Assembly: GCA_017455605.1 (NCBI GenBank)
Contig: JAFSZO010000072.1
Span: forward strand, 1-42,642
DNA length: 42,642 nucleotides
DNA from: Clostridia bacterium
GTDB lineage: Bacteria > Bacillota > Clostridia > Christensenellales > CAG-1252
Reading direction: 5' to 3'
The notes under the pieces were generated by a model that saw nothing but the letters and a program-made list of their open reading frames with translations, did no database searches and was not told the origin of the DNA. Positions 18,689 through 27,776 of this stretch are shown piece by piece (positions within the stretch are counted from its first letter, which is position 1; every line of letters starts with the position of its first letter). Both the position numbers and the translations under genes were made by a program.

Positions 18689-19129
18689 AAATGCTATTGT
18701 TCGACCCGAATAGACGGGATTCACGTTGCGCCAGCAACGGATGCGACAGCATCGGCCCCGCCCGCGGGACCGAACCGGAGCGAAGCGTAGGTCCCCGAGG
18801 TACTCGGGCATCCCGTCTCCCGCTCCACAATGCATTTGTACGGTCCTAACAGACGGGATTCGCGTTGCGTAGCAACGGATGCGACAGCATCGGACCCGCC
18901 CGCGGGACCGAACCGGAGCGAAGCGTAGGTCCCCGAGGCACTCGGGCATCCCGTCTCCCGCTCCAAAATGCTATTGTTCGACCCCAGCAGACGGGATTCG
19001 CGTTGCGTAGCAACGGACGCGTAGCGTCAGACCCGCAGGGGCCGCACCGGAGCAAAGCGTAGGTCCGCGAGATAACGATAATCGGAATGATCTGAAACGC
19101 AAAACTCTCGCGCACACCGTCTCCCGCTC
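18689..19129 (+). repeat. tRNA-linked tandem repeat: three ~139-164 nt structured units, each ending in a copy of the tRNA-Gly 3' end
   Basis: ATCCCGTCTCCCGCTCCA at 18671-18688 (tRNA), 18810-18827 and 18948-18965; CCGTCTCCCGCTC at 19117-19129; units 1 and 2 nearly identical, unit 3 diverged. Confidence 0.93.
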
Positions 19130-19208
19130 TGAGGGCACCGCCCTTTAAACGGTTACAACGGCAGATATGCACCGCGCCTCGCGTGCGATTCATATTATAT
19201 AGCGTTAT

Positions 19209-19283
<75 letters not shown>

Positions 19284-19289
19284 AAAAGA

Positions 19290-19375
19290 GCCGAAGTGGC
19301 GGAATGGTAGACGCAAGGGACTTAAAATCCCTCGGGGGTAACTCCGTGCGGGTTCGAGTCCCGCCTTCGGCACCA
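19290..19375 (+). tRNA. tRNA-Leu (TAA), CCA encoded
   Basis: Acceptor GCCGAAG/CTTCGGC, anticodon loop CTTAAAA, long variable arm, canonical TTCGAGT T-loop. Confidence 0.96.
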
Positions 19376-19379
19376 AATC

Positions 19380-19565
19380 GGGACGGACACGTCGCCCCGC
19401 ACCCGCATTCTCCAGAGAGTTTCGCCTTGGCTGAGAGCGAAGCGAATGCAGCGGAGCGGTACCACCGTTCTCAGTACAATCGTCATAAAGAGTGGGGCTT
19501 TGCGCCCAAATAAGGTGGAACCGCGGCAATCGTCGTCCTTATACGTGATCGTATAAGGGCTTTTT
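19380..19565 (+). promoter_or_regulatory. Thr T-box riboswitch leader with terminator
   Basis: Stem I with AGAGAG bulge and GGCTGAGA loop, ACC specifier (19461-19463), T-box AATAAGGTGGAACCGCG (19509-19525), terminator GTCCTTATACG-TGAT-CGTATAAGGGC-T5; upstream of thrS. Confidence 0.9.
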
Positions 19566-19590
19566 GTTATATAGCTCATAGGAGGAGAAT

Positions 19591-21525
19591 ATGAAGATTT
19601 ATTTGAGAGATTCGGTCAAAGAATACGACGCTCCCGTCACGGTGGAGCAGATCGCCGCCGACATCGGCGAGGGCTTGCATCGTGTCGCGCTCGCGGGCAA
19701 GGTGGACGGCGTTCCCGTCGATCTCGCCTACGTCGTCGATCACGACGCCGAGGTGCAGATCCTGACCTTCAAGGATCAGGAGGGCAAGCACATCTACAAC
19801 CACACCGCCGCGCACGTGATGGCGCAGGCGGTCAAGAGCATCTATCCGACCGCCAAACTCGCGATCGGTCCCGCCATCGACACGGGGTTCTATTACGACA
19901 TCGAATACATCACCCCTCCGACGATGGACGACCTCCAAAAGATCGAGGAGGAGATGCAGCGCATCATCAAGGCGAATCTCCCGATCAGCAGGGAGGTCCT
20001 TCCGCGCAAGAGCGCGAACGCGCTGATGCGCAAGCTCGGCGAGCCGTACAAGCTCGAGATGATCGCTGAGCTCCCGAAGGGCGCGGAGATCAGCTTTTAT
20101 CATCAGGGCGATTTCGTCGATATGTGCGTCGGTCCTCACCTCAAGAGCACGGGCGTCATCAAGGCGGTGAAGCTCACCAGCATCACGGGCGCGTATTGGC
20201 GCGGCGACGCGAAGAATAAGATGCTGACCCGTATCTACGGCGTCGCGTTCGACAAGAAGTCCGCGCTCGACGAGTACCTCGTTCAGCTCGAAGAGGCGAA
20301 GAAGCGCGACCACAACAAGCTCGGTCGCGACCTCGGGATCTTTATGACCTCCGACCCCATCGGGCAGGGCTTGCCCCTCCTGATGCCCAAGGGCGCTAAG
20401 ATCATGCAGACCTTGATCCGTTTCGTTGAAGACGAAGAGGAGCGCCGCGGCTTTATGCTCACCCGCACTCCCGCGATGGCGAAGAACGACCTTTACAAGA
20501 TCTCCGGTCACTGGGATCACTATCGTGACAAGATGTTCGTGATCGGCGACGAGGAGGACGACGACGAGGTGCTCGCGCTCCGTCCGATGACCTGTCCCTT
20601 CCAATATCAGATCTACAAGAACGGCATCAAGAGCTATCGTGACCTCCCGTGTCGCTACGCCGAGACGGCGACTCTGTTCCGCAACGAGGCTTCGGGTGAG
20701 ATGCACGGTCTCATCCGCGTCAGACAGTTCACCCTCTCCGACGGACACATCGTTTGTACCCCCGAGCAGATCGAAGGGGAGTTCAAGCGCTGCTTGGATC
20801 TGTCGTACTATTTCTTGGATTGTCTCGGTCTCCGTGACGACGTGACCTTCCGTTTTAGCAAGTGGGATCCGAAGAATACGGATAAGTACATCGACAACCC
20901 CGCCGAATGGGAACGCACGGAGGGCTTGATGAAAGAGATCCTCGACCATCTCGGTCTCGACTATGTCGAGGCGACGGGCGAGGCGGCTTTCTACGGACCG
21001 AAACTCGACGTACAGGCGAAGAACGTCTACGGCAAAGAGGACACCATCATCACGATCCAGATCGACTTTGCCGCCGGCTCGCGCTTCGAAATGTCCTACG
21101 TTGACGAGAACGGCGTGAAGCAGACCCCTTACGTCATTCACCGCAGCAGTATCGGTTGCTACGAGCGCACCCTCGCGATGCTCATCGAGAAGTACGCCGG
21201 AGCTTTCCCCGCTTGGATCGCTCCCGTGCAGGTCAAGGTCATCAGCTTGACCGACAGGACGGCGGCTGACGTGGAGGAGCTCACGGACAAGCTGTCTCGG
21301 ATGGGCTTCCGCGCCGAGTCCGACACCCGCAGCGAGAAGGTCGGTTACAAGATCCGCGAAGCGCAGCTGGAAAAGGTGCCGTATATGCTCATTCTCGGCG
21401 ATAAGGAGAAGGAGAACGGCACGATCAGCGTGCGCCATCGCAGCGAGGGCGACCTCGGCACGATGACGGTGGACGCCTTCGTCGAGCGTCTCGCCAAGGA
21501 TGTTCGCGATAAAATCCTGAAATGA
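19591..21525 (+). CDS. thrS: Threonine--tRNA ligase
   Basis: TGS and editing domains (HTAAH, DMCVGPH), RDHNKLG, RPMTCP, FRNEASG, AAFYGPKLD, anticodon-binding domain. Confidence 0.98.
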   Translation: MKIYLRDSVKEYDAPVTVEQIAADIGEGLHRVALAGKVDGVPVDLAYVVDHDAEVQILTFKDQEGKHIYNHTAAHVMAQAVKSIYPTAKLAIGPAIDTGFYYDIEYITPPTMDDLQKIEEEMQRIIKANLPISREVLPRKSANALMRKLGEPYKLEMIAELPKGAEISFYHQGDFVDMCVGPHLKSTGVIKAVKLTSITGAYWRGDAKNKMLTRIYGVAFDKKSALDEYLVQLEEAKKRDHNKLGRDLGIFMTSDPIGQGLPLLMPKGAKIMQTLIRFVEDEEERRGFMLTRTPAMAKNDLYKISGHWDHYRDKMFVIGDEEDDDEVLALRPMTCPFQYQIYKNGIKSYRDLPCRYAETATLFRNEASGEMHGLIRVRQFTLSDGHIVCTPEQIEGEFKRCLDLSYYFLDCLGLRDDVTFRFSKWDPKNTDKYIDNPAEWERTEGLMKEILDHLGLDYVEATGEAAFYGPKLDVQAKNVYGKEDTIITIQIDFAAGSRFEMSYVDENGVKQTPYVIHRSSIGCYERTLAMLIEKYAGAFPAWIAPVQVKVISLTDRTAADVEELTDKLSRMGFRAESDTRSEKVGYKIREAQLEKVPYMLILGDKEKENGTISVRHRSEGDLGTMTVDAFVERLAKDVRDKILK

Positions 21526-21538
21526 TCCGCAAAAACGC

Positions 21539-21567
21539 TTGACACTCGGCGTTTGCGGTGATACCAT
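21539..21567 (+). promoter_or_regulatory. Sigma-A promoter of infC-rpmI-rplT
   Basis: TTGACA-17 nt-TACCAT with extended TG. Confidence 0.8.
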
Positions 21568-21572
21568 AATTC

Positions 21573-21672
21573 ACGAAGTAGAACTGTTCTCACCCGAGCA
21601 GCAGGTTGCGTAGGGTTTCTTAAATATCCTTTTATCAGGTTATTTTCGGGCAGTTTTACTGCCCGATTTTTA
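21573..21672 (+). promoter_or_regulatory. Ribosomal protein L20 leader (autoregulatory attenuator)
   Basis: AGAAC-TG-TTCTCACC...AGGGT core resembling the Bacillota L20 leader, then terminator-like TCGGGCAG-TTTTA-CTGCCCGA-T5 before the infC RBS. Confidence 0.7.
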
Positions 21673-21688
21673 TTAGGAGGACGAGTTT

Positions 21689-22198
21689 ATCAAAGAGTAT
21701 CAGATCAACGGACAGATCCGTGACAGTCAGGTCACGCTCATCGACCAAGCGGGGAACAACCTCGGCACGATGAGCGCTTACGACGCCCAAATGATCGCCA
21801 ACGAGCAGGGGCTCGATCTCGTGAAGATCGCGCCGCAGGCACTGCCCCCGACGTGCAAGTTGATGGACTACGACAAGTTCCGTTTCGACAGCATCAAGAG
21901 GGAAAAAGAGGCGAAGAAGAACCAAAAGATCGTCAAGATCAAGGAAGTCCAGCTCAGCATTCTGATCGACATCGGGGACATCAACGTTAAGGCGAAGCGC
22001 GCCAGCGGGTTCATCGCGGACGGTGACAAGGTGCGCGTCGTCATCAGGATGCGCGGCAGACAGAACAAGCGTCCCGAGCTCGGGATGAAGGTCATGGAGC
22101 AGTTCTGCGGACTCCTGACGGAAGAGTACGTAATGGAGCAAGCGCCTACGATCGAGGGAAACACGATCAAGATGCAACTTGCCAAAGCAAAAAAATAA
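21689..22198 (+). CDS. infC: Translation initiation factor IF-3, non-canonical ATC start
   Basis: AGGAGG (21675-21680) 8 nt before an in-frame ATC; the extension adds (M)KEYQINGQIRDSQVTLID, the IF3 N-terminal motif; LDLVKIAP..PPTCKLMDY. Confidence 0.92.
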   Translation: MKEYQINGQIRDSQVTLIDQAGNNLGTMSAYDAQMIANEQGLDLVKIAPQALPPTCKLMDYDKFRFDSIKREKEAKKNQKIVKIKEVQLSILIDIGDINVKAKRASGFIADGDKVRVVIRMRGRQNKRPELGMKVMEQFCGLLTEEYVMEQAPTIEGNTIKMQLAKAKK

Positions 22199-22214
22199 AA
22201 CGGAGGTAGGCAAA

Positions 22215-22409
22215 ATGCCAAAACAGAAGTCGCACAGCGGTGCAGGAAAGAGATTCAGAGTAACTAAAAACGGACTCATCAAGAGAAGCAAGCAAGGGAA
22301 AAACCATATCCTTACCAAGAAAGAGACCAAGAGAAAGCGCGGTCTGAGGGCGGGCGGCTATGTTTCCGAGACGCAAGCCAAAACGATCAGGACGATGATT
22401 CAGAAGTAA
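22215..22409 (+). CDS. rpmI: 50S ribosomal protein L35
   Basis: [23 protein letters not shown]; GGAGGT RBS. Confidence 0.97.
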   Translation: MPKQKSHSGAGKRFRVTKNGLIKRSKQGKNHILTKKETKRKRGLRAGGYVSETQAKTIRTMIQK

Positions 22410-22422
22410 GGGAGGTAAGATT

Positions 22423-22767
22423 ATGAGGATCAAAAGAGCAGTAAACGCAGTCAAAAAGCGCAGAAAGATTTTCAAGCTCGCCAAGGGATATCGCGGCGCG
22501 AAGAGCAAGCTTTACAGAGTCTCCCGCGAAGCGGTGATGAAGTCCCAGATGTATGCCTACGTCGGCAGAAAGGACAAGAAGGGCGCCTTCCGCAAGATCT
22601 GGATCGCCCGCATCAACGCGGCGGCGAGGATGAACGGTCTCAGCTACAGCAGGTTCATGAACGGTCTCAAGAAGAACGGCATCGATCTGAACCGCAAGGT
22701 GCTCGCCGATCTCGCGGTCAACGACGCGGCGGCATTCACCGCGCTCTGCGAAAAGGCAAAAGCGTAA
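22423..22767 (+). CDS. rplT: 50S ribosomal protein L20
   Basis: [32 protein letters not shown]. Confidence 0.98.
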   Translation: MRIKRAVNAVKKRRKIFKLAKGYRGAKSKLYRVSREAVMKSQMYAYVGRKDKKGAFRKIWIARINAAARMNGLSYSRFMNGLKKNGIDLNRKVLADLAVNDAAAFTALCEKAKA

Positions 22768-22778
22768 TAACGCCATTC

Positions 22779-22809
22779 AATGCTTTCGGTTCGCCGAAAG
22801 CATTTTTTT
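22779..22809 (+). terminator. Rho-independent terminator after rplT
   Basis: AATGCTTTCGG-TTCG-CCGAAAGCATT followed by a T-run. Confidence 0.88.
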
Positions 22810-22822
22810 ATAGGACAGAACC

Positions 22823-23581
22823 ATGGTCATTACGAGTATTTCCAACGAGAAGGCGCGCCTGTTCCGCGCGCTGTCCGACGCAAGGTCGCGCAGGGAACTG
22901 GGACTTTACCTCGTCGAAGGGGCAAATTCCGTCGGCGACATCCCGCCCTCCGCCGTCGTTCGTTCTCTCTACGTAAAGGAGAGCAAGCAGGCGGACTACG
23001 AGTCCATCCTCTCCCGCTTTGCGGCGGAACGGGTGGTGCTGTCCGACGATCTGTTCGATCGCGTCTCCGCGACGGTGACTCCCGCCGGGATCGCCGCCGT
23101 GGTGGAGATCCCCGCATCTGCGGATATTTCCGCACTTAACGGGGATAAACTCATCGTGCTCGATCACGTCTCCGACGCGGGAAACGTCGGTGCGATCCTG
23201 CGTACCGCCGTCGCGGCGGGCTACAGAGAGGCGGTGCTTATCGGCTCGGCGGATCCCTATTCGCCCAAGGCGGTGCGTTCCTCGATGAGCGCGATATTTA
23301 AGATCGATCTCTGTTTTTCCGATATTCCTGCATTTTTAAGTAGTAAAAATATGCAGAGTTATGATATAATGGTACTTGATATGATGGGAGAAAGTATTTT
23401 TACGCACGTTCCCCGCGGGAAATACGCTCTCGTCGTCGGGAACGAGGCGCACGGCGTCAGCGCGGAGATCAAGGCGGCGGCAGGACGGAGACTATCGATA
23501 CCGATGGTCTCGATGGAGTCCCTGAACGCGGCGGTCAGCGCAGGCGTTGCGATGTACCTTCTCGAAAGAAATCGCATCTGA
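22823..23581 (+). CDS. TrmH/SpoU family RNA 2'-O-methyltransferase
   Basis: ITSISN, LVEG, DAGNVGAILRTA, VVGNEAHGVS, ESLNAAVS. Confidence 0.9.
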   Translation: MVITSISNEKARLFRALSDARSRRELGLYLVEGANSVGDIPPSAVVRSLYVKESKQADYESILSRFAAERVVLSDDLFDRVSATVTPAGIAAVVEIPASADISALNGDKLIVLDHVSDAGNVGAILRTAVAAGYREAVLIGSADPYSPKAVRSSMSAIFKIDLCFSDIPAFLSSKNMQSYDIMVLDMMGESIFTHVPRGKYALVVGNEAHGVSAEIKAAAGRRLSIPMVSMESLNAAVSAGVAMYLLERNRI

Positions 23582-23599
23582 CAAGTTAGGAGGATAGTT

Positions 23600-24340
23600 A
23601 TGTCGGGACACAGCAAATGGGCTAATATCAAGAACAAGAAAGCGAAGGGCGACGCCGCGAGGGCGAATGTCTTCACCAAGATCGGCAGGGAGCTGGCGAT
23701 CGCCGTCAAGCAGGGCGGTCCCAACCCGGACAGCAACTCCCGTCTGCGCGACGTCATCGCGAAGGCGAAGGCGGCGAATATGCCGAACGACAACATCTCC
23801 CGCTCCATCAAGAAAGCGTCGGGTGAGCTGAACGCCGTCAACTACGAGGAGATCACCTACGAGGGGTATGCGGCGGGCGGCGTCGCGGTCATCGTGGAGA
23901 CCCTCACGGACAACAAGAACCGCACGGCGAGCGACGTTCGTTGCGCCTTCGACAAGTTCGGCGGCAACCTCGGCAGCACCGGTTGCGTGTCCTATATGTT
24001 CAGCAAGAAAGGCGTCATCGTGATCGACGGCGAGGGCATCGCCGAGGACGATCTCTTTATGCTCGCTGTGGACGCGGGCGCGGACGACGTGCAGAACGAC
24101 GACGGCGTCTACGAGGTCTACACCTTGCCGCAGAACTACACCGCCGTTCGCGAGAACCTCGAGAAGGCGGGGCTCAAGATCCTCTCGAGCGACCTCGAGA
24201 TGGTCCCCGAGAACTACGTGACTCCCGAGGAGTCCGCGATCACCAAGATACTCAACCTGATCGACAGGTTGGAGGAGAACGACGACGTGCAGAACGTGTT
24301 CCACAACGCGATCCTGCCCGAAGAGGAAGAGGAGGACTGA
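23600..24340 (+). CDS. yebC: YebC/PmpR (TACO1) family protein
   Basis: [32 protein letters not shown]. Confidence 0.96.
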   Translation: MSGHSKWANIKNKKAKGDAARANVFTKIGRELAIAVKQGGPNPDSNSRLRDVIAKAKAANMPNDNISRSIKKASGELNAVNYEEITYEGYAAGGVAVIVETLTDNKNRTASDVRCAFDKFGGNLGSTGCVSYMFSKKGVIVIDGEGIAEDDLFMLAVDAGADDVQNDDGVYEVYTLPQNYTAVRENLEKAGLKILSSDLEMVPENYVTPEESAITKILNLIDRLEENDDVQNVFHNAILPEEEEED

Positions 24341-24341
24341 T

Positions 24342-25589
24342 ATGAGCAACGTTTCCGAGATCTGTGCCTTAGCGAAGGAGGCGTCCTACCGCCTCGCCAC
24401 CTATACCGATACCGAGAAGAAGGCGATGCTGATCGCGATGGCGAACGGCATCGGCGATGAAATGGACGCGATCCTCGAAGCAAACGCGGACGACCTCTTT
24501 ATCGCGAAGGAGAACGGCAAGGAGGAGACCTTTATTGACCGTCTCACCCTCTACAAGAGCCGTATCCGTCAGATGATCGACGGCATTATGCAGGTCGCGG
24601 AGCTTCCCGATCCCGTCGGCGAGACCACGGACAAGTGGACCCTCCCCAACGGGCTGAAGATCACCAAGGTCCGCGCTCCTCTCGGCGTGATCGCCATCAT
24701 CTACGAGGCGCGCCCCAACGTGACGGCGGACGCCGCGGCGCTCGCGATCAAGAGCGGCAACGCAGTCGTACTCCGCGGCAGTAGGGAGGCGATCAATTCC
24801 AATCTTTCGATCTTCAACGCGATGAAGAACGCTCTCGTCAAGGGCGGTTACGACGCCAACGTACTCCAGTTCCTTGCGGACCCCGAGCGCGAGGCGACGG
24901 CGGAACTGTTGAAACAGTCGGGTGTCGTGGACGTCGTGATCCCGCGCGGCGGCGAAGGGCTCAAGAAGTTCGTCCTCGAGAACGCCTCCGTTCCCGTCAT
25001 CGTTTCGGCGGGCGGCAATTGCCACACCTACGTCGAGAAGACCGCCGATCTCAAGATGGCGGACAACGTTCTTTTCAACGCCAAAGTCAGCCGTCCTTCG
25101 GTCTGCAACGCCACCGAACAGCTCATCGTGGACAGAGCGATCGCCGCTCCCTTCCTGACGCAGAGCCTCGACAGGCTCGCCAAGCAAGGCGTGCGCATCC
25201 TCGGTTGCAACGAGACCTGCCGCATCTATCCCCCGGCAGAGCTCGCGACGGAGAAGGACTACTACACCGAGCATCTCGGGCTCGTGATCTCCGTAAAGGT
25301 GGTCAGCGGCTACAAGGAGGCGATCGAGCGCATCAACAAGTACGGCACTCACCACAGCGATGCGATCATCTCCATGAGCAAGGAGGCGATCGACGCCTTC
25401 ACCGCAGGCGTGGACAGCGCGGCGGTCTACGTGAATGCCAGCACCCGTTTCACCGACGGCTTCGAGTACGGTTTCGGTGCGGAAATGGCGATCAGCACGC
25501 AGAAATTGCACGCACGCGGTCCCTTGGGGCTTCGCCAACTCACGAGTGAGAAATACGTCGTCGTGGGCGAGGGACAGGTGCGTAAGTGA
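24342..25589 (+). CDS. proA: Gamma-glutamyl phosphate reductase
   Basis: IIYEARPNVT, KSGNAVVLRG, IPRGG, RPSVCNA (catalytic Cys), NASTRFTDG, ISTQKLHARGP. Confidence 0.95.
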   Translation: MSNVSEICALAKEASYRLATYTDTEKKAMLIAMANGIGDEMDAILEANADDLFIAKENGKEETFIDRLTLYKSRIRQMIDGIMQVAELPDPVGETTDKWTLPNGLKITKVRAPLGVIAIIYEARPNVTADAAALAIKSGNAVVLRGSREAINSNLSIFNAMKNALVKGGYDANVLQFLADPEREATAELLKQSGVVDVVIPRGGEGLKKFVLENASVPVIVSAGGNCHTYVEKTADLKMADNVLFNAKVSRPSVCNATEQLIVDRAIAAPFLTQSLDRLAKQGVRILGCNETCRIYPPAELATEKDYYTEHLGLVISVKVVSGYKEAIERINKYGTHHSDAIISMSKEAIDAFTAGVDSAAVYVNASTRFTDGFEYGFGAEMAISTQKLHARGPLGLRQLTSEKYVVVGEGQVRK

Positions 25590-26077
25590 TCATTCTCGGC
25601 ATCGACCCCGGGCTCGCCATCGTCGGATACGGCGTGGTGGAGAGTGTGAAGGGCAGGGTCACGCCCATCGATTACGGCGTGATCAATACCCCCGCGGGGA
25701 TGCGGACCCCTCTCCGCTTGCAGCGCATCCACAAAGGACTTTTGACTTTGTTTGAGAAGTTTAAGCCCGAGGAGATCGCGGTCGAGGAACTCTTTTTCTC
25801 CAACAACAAGACCACCGGCATCCCCGTCGCGGAGGCACGCGGCGTGATCTTGATGACGGCGATCAACTATACGGACAAACTCTTTGAATATACCCCGAAT
25901 CAGATCAAACAGGCGATCACGGGGTGGGGCGGCGCAGACAAACGCCAAATGCAGGAAGTCGTGCGCCAAACGCTCAGGCTCAAGGCGATCCCGAAACCGG
26001 ACGACGCGGCGGACGCCCTCGCGGTGGCGCTCACCCACGCGCAGACCAATCGCTTCGGGTCGCTCTTCGGAATGTAA
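25586..26077 (+). CDS. ruvC: Holliday junction resolvase
   Basis: ILGIDPG, AVEELFF, EYTPNQIK, PDDAADALA. Confidence 0.96.
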   Translation: MIILGIDPGLAIVGYGVVESVKGRVTPIDYGVINTPAGMRTPLRLQRIHKGLLTLFEKFKPEEIAVEELFFSNNKTTGIPVAEARGVILMTAINYTDKLFEYTPNQIKQAITGWGGADKRQMQEVVRQTLRLKAIPKPDDAADALAVALTHAQTNRFGSLFGM

Positions 26078-26079
26078 TT

Positions 26080-26682
26080 ATGTATGCTTATATAGTCGGA
26101 AAGGTGGATACGTACGGCGACGGCTATCTCGTCGTGGAAACAGGCGGCATCGGTTATTTGCTGAATGCCTCGAACTTTACCGTGTCCAAGCTCGGCAGGG
26201 CGGGACAAACGGTGAAGGTCTATACGTATCTCGCCGTGCGCGAGGACGATATGAGCCTTTACGGCTTCGCCACGGAGGAGGAGAAACAGATGTTCCTTCG
26301 CCTCATCACCGTTTCGGGCGTCGGCCCCAAGATGGCGCTCGGCATTCTGTCTGCGGCGGACGTATCGACTTTGGCGACTTCCATCGTTTCCGGTGACACC
26401 AAGACGCTCTCGAAGGTGAAAGGCATAGGCAAAAAGACGGCGGAACGCATCGTCGTTGAGCTGAAGGAGAGTATCGGTGAAAGCGGCGCCTCCTTCCTGA
26501 GCGCAGGATCTTCGATCGGCGTCCCGCTCGAGAGCGATACGATGATCGAGGAAGCGCTCGAAGTGCTGACTACGCTCGGCGTGAGTCGTACGGAAGCCTA
26601 TACGCTCGTATCGGCTGTACGCAAGGATGCGAAAAACGTCAACGATCTCGTTATGACGGTACTCAGAAGGTTGGATAAGTGA
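26080..26682 (+). CDS. ruvA: Holliday junction branch migration protein
   Basis: [43 protein letters not shown]; start ATG 26080. Confidence 0.95.
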   Translation: MYAYIVGKVDTYGDGYLVVETGGIGYLLNASNFTVSKLGRAGQTVKVYTYLAVREDDMSLYGFATEEEKQMFLRLITVSGVGPKMALGILSAADVSTLATSIVSGDTKTLSKVKGIGKKTAERIVVELKESIGESGASFLSAGSSIGVPLESDTMIEEALEVLTTLGVSRTEAYTLVSAVRKDAKNVNDLVMTVLRRLDK

Positions 26683-27776
26683 TGTTTGACGACGACAGTT
26701 TTATCACCAGCGCGATCGGCGACAGGCTGGTCGAACGCGACAGAGAAGAGACGGAAGAGGAGATAGAGAACACCCTTCGCCCCAAGACGATGGCGGAATA
26801 CGTCGGACAGGAGAAGGTGAAGGCAAATCTCTCCGTATTCATCCATTCGGCGAAGAAGCGCGGCGAAGCGCTCGACCACGTCCTTTTATACGGTCCGCCG
26901 GGGCTCGGCAAAACCACACTCGCGCACATCGTCGCGAACGAGATGAACGCGCAGATCAAGGTGACCTCCGGTCCCGCGATCGAGAAAGCCGCCGACCTCG
27001 CCGCGATGCTGACCAACCTCTACGACGGCGACGTGCTCTTTATCGACGAGATCCATCGTCTGTCTCACGCGGTCGAGGAGATCCTCTATCCCGCGATGGA
27101 GGACTACGTTTTAGACTTCGTGGTCGGCAAGGGTCCCAGTGCGAAGAGCATTCGCCTCCCCCTGAAAAAGTTTACTTTGATCGGCGCCACGACCCGTGCG
27201 GGTATGCTGACGGCGCCCCTCCGCGACCGTTTCGGCGTGATCTGCCGTTTGGAGATCTACAAGCCCGAGGAGCTCGCCCGCATCGTCACGCGCAGTGCGA
27301 AACTCCTCGACATCGGCATCGAGAGGGAGGCGGCGGTGGAGATCGCTCGCCGTTCCCGCGGCACGCCGCGTATCGCGAATCGACTCTTGAAGCGTGTGCG
27401 CGACTTTTCCGAGTACCGGAATGAGAAGACCGTCACCCTTGCCACGGCGAAGAAGAGCCTCGACCTGCTTGAGATCGACGACCTCGGTCTCGACAACGTC
27501 GACCGTGAGATCTTGCTCACCATCTTGCAGAAACATAACGGAGGCCCGGTTGGTCTCGACACCCTCGCGGCGACCATCGGGGAAGACGCGAATACCATCG
27601 AGGACGTTTACGAGCCGTATTTGATCCAATTGGGATTCATCGCTCGCACCCCGCGGGGCAGGGTCTGTTTGTCCGGTGCGTACAAGCACCTCGGGTTCAA
27701 GGTCCCCCCTTCGAAGGAAGCGATGCTCGAACAACTGGAGAAGACCACTGCGAAGAAGACCGATGAAGACGAGTGA
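26679..27776 (+). CDS. ruvB: Holliday junction branch migration helicase
   Basis: [37 protein letters not shown]; start is GTG 26679 or ATG 26682. Confidence 0.97.
   Translation: MMFDDDSFITSAIGDRLVERDREETEEEIENTLRPKTMAEYVGQEKVKANLSVFIHSAKKRGEALDHVLLYGPPGLGKTTLAHIVANEMNAQIKVTSGPAIEKAADLAAMLTNLYDGDVLFIDEIHRLSHAVEEILYPAMEDYVLDFVVGKGPSAKSIRLPLKKFTLIGATTRAGMLTAPLRDRFGVICRLEIYKPEELARIVTRSAKLLDIGIEREAAVEIARRSRGTPRIANRLLKRVRDFSEYRNEKTVTLATAKKSLDLLEIDDLGLDNVDREILLTILQKHNGGPVGLDTLAATIGEDANTIEDVYEPYLIQLGFIARTPRGRVCLSGAYKHLGFKVPPSKEAMLEQLEKTTAKKTDEDE

Noticed and set aside
18689-19129. tRNA 3'-end duplication as the att site of a prophage or genomic island
   Set aside because: Copies are only ~139 nt apart with no integrase or cargo between them, and the flanks are core genes; kept as a repeat array instead
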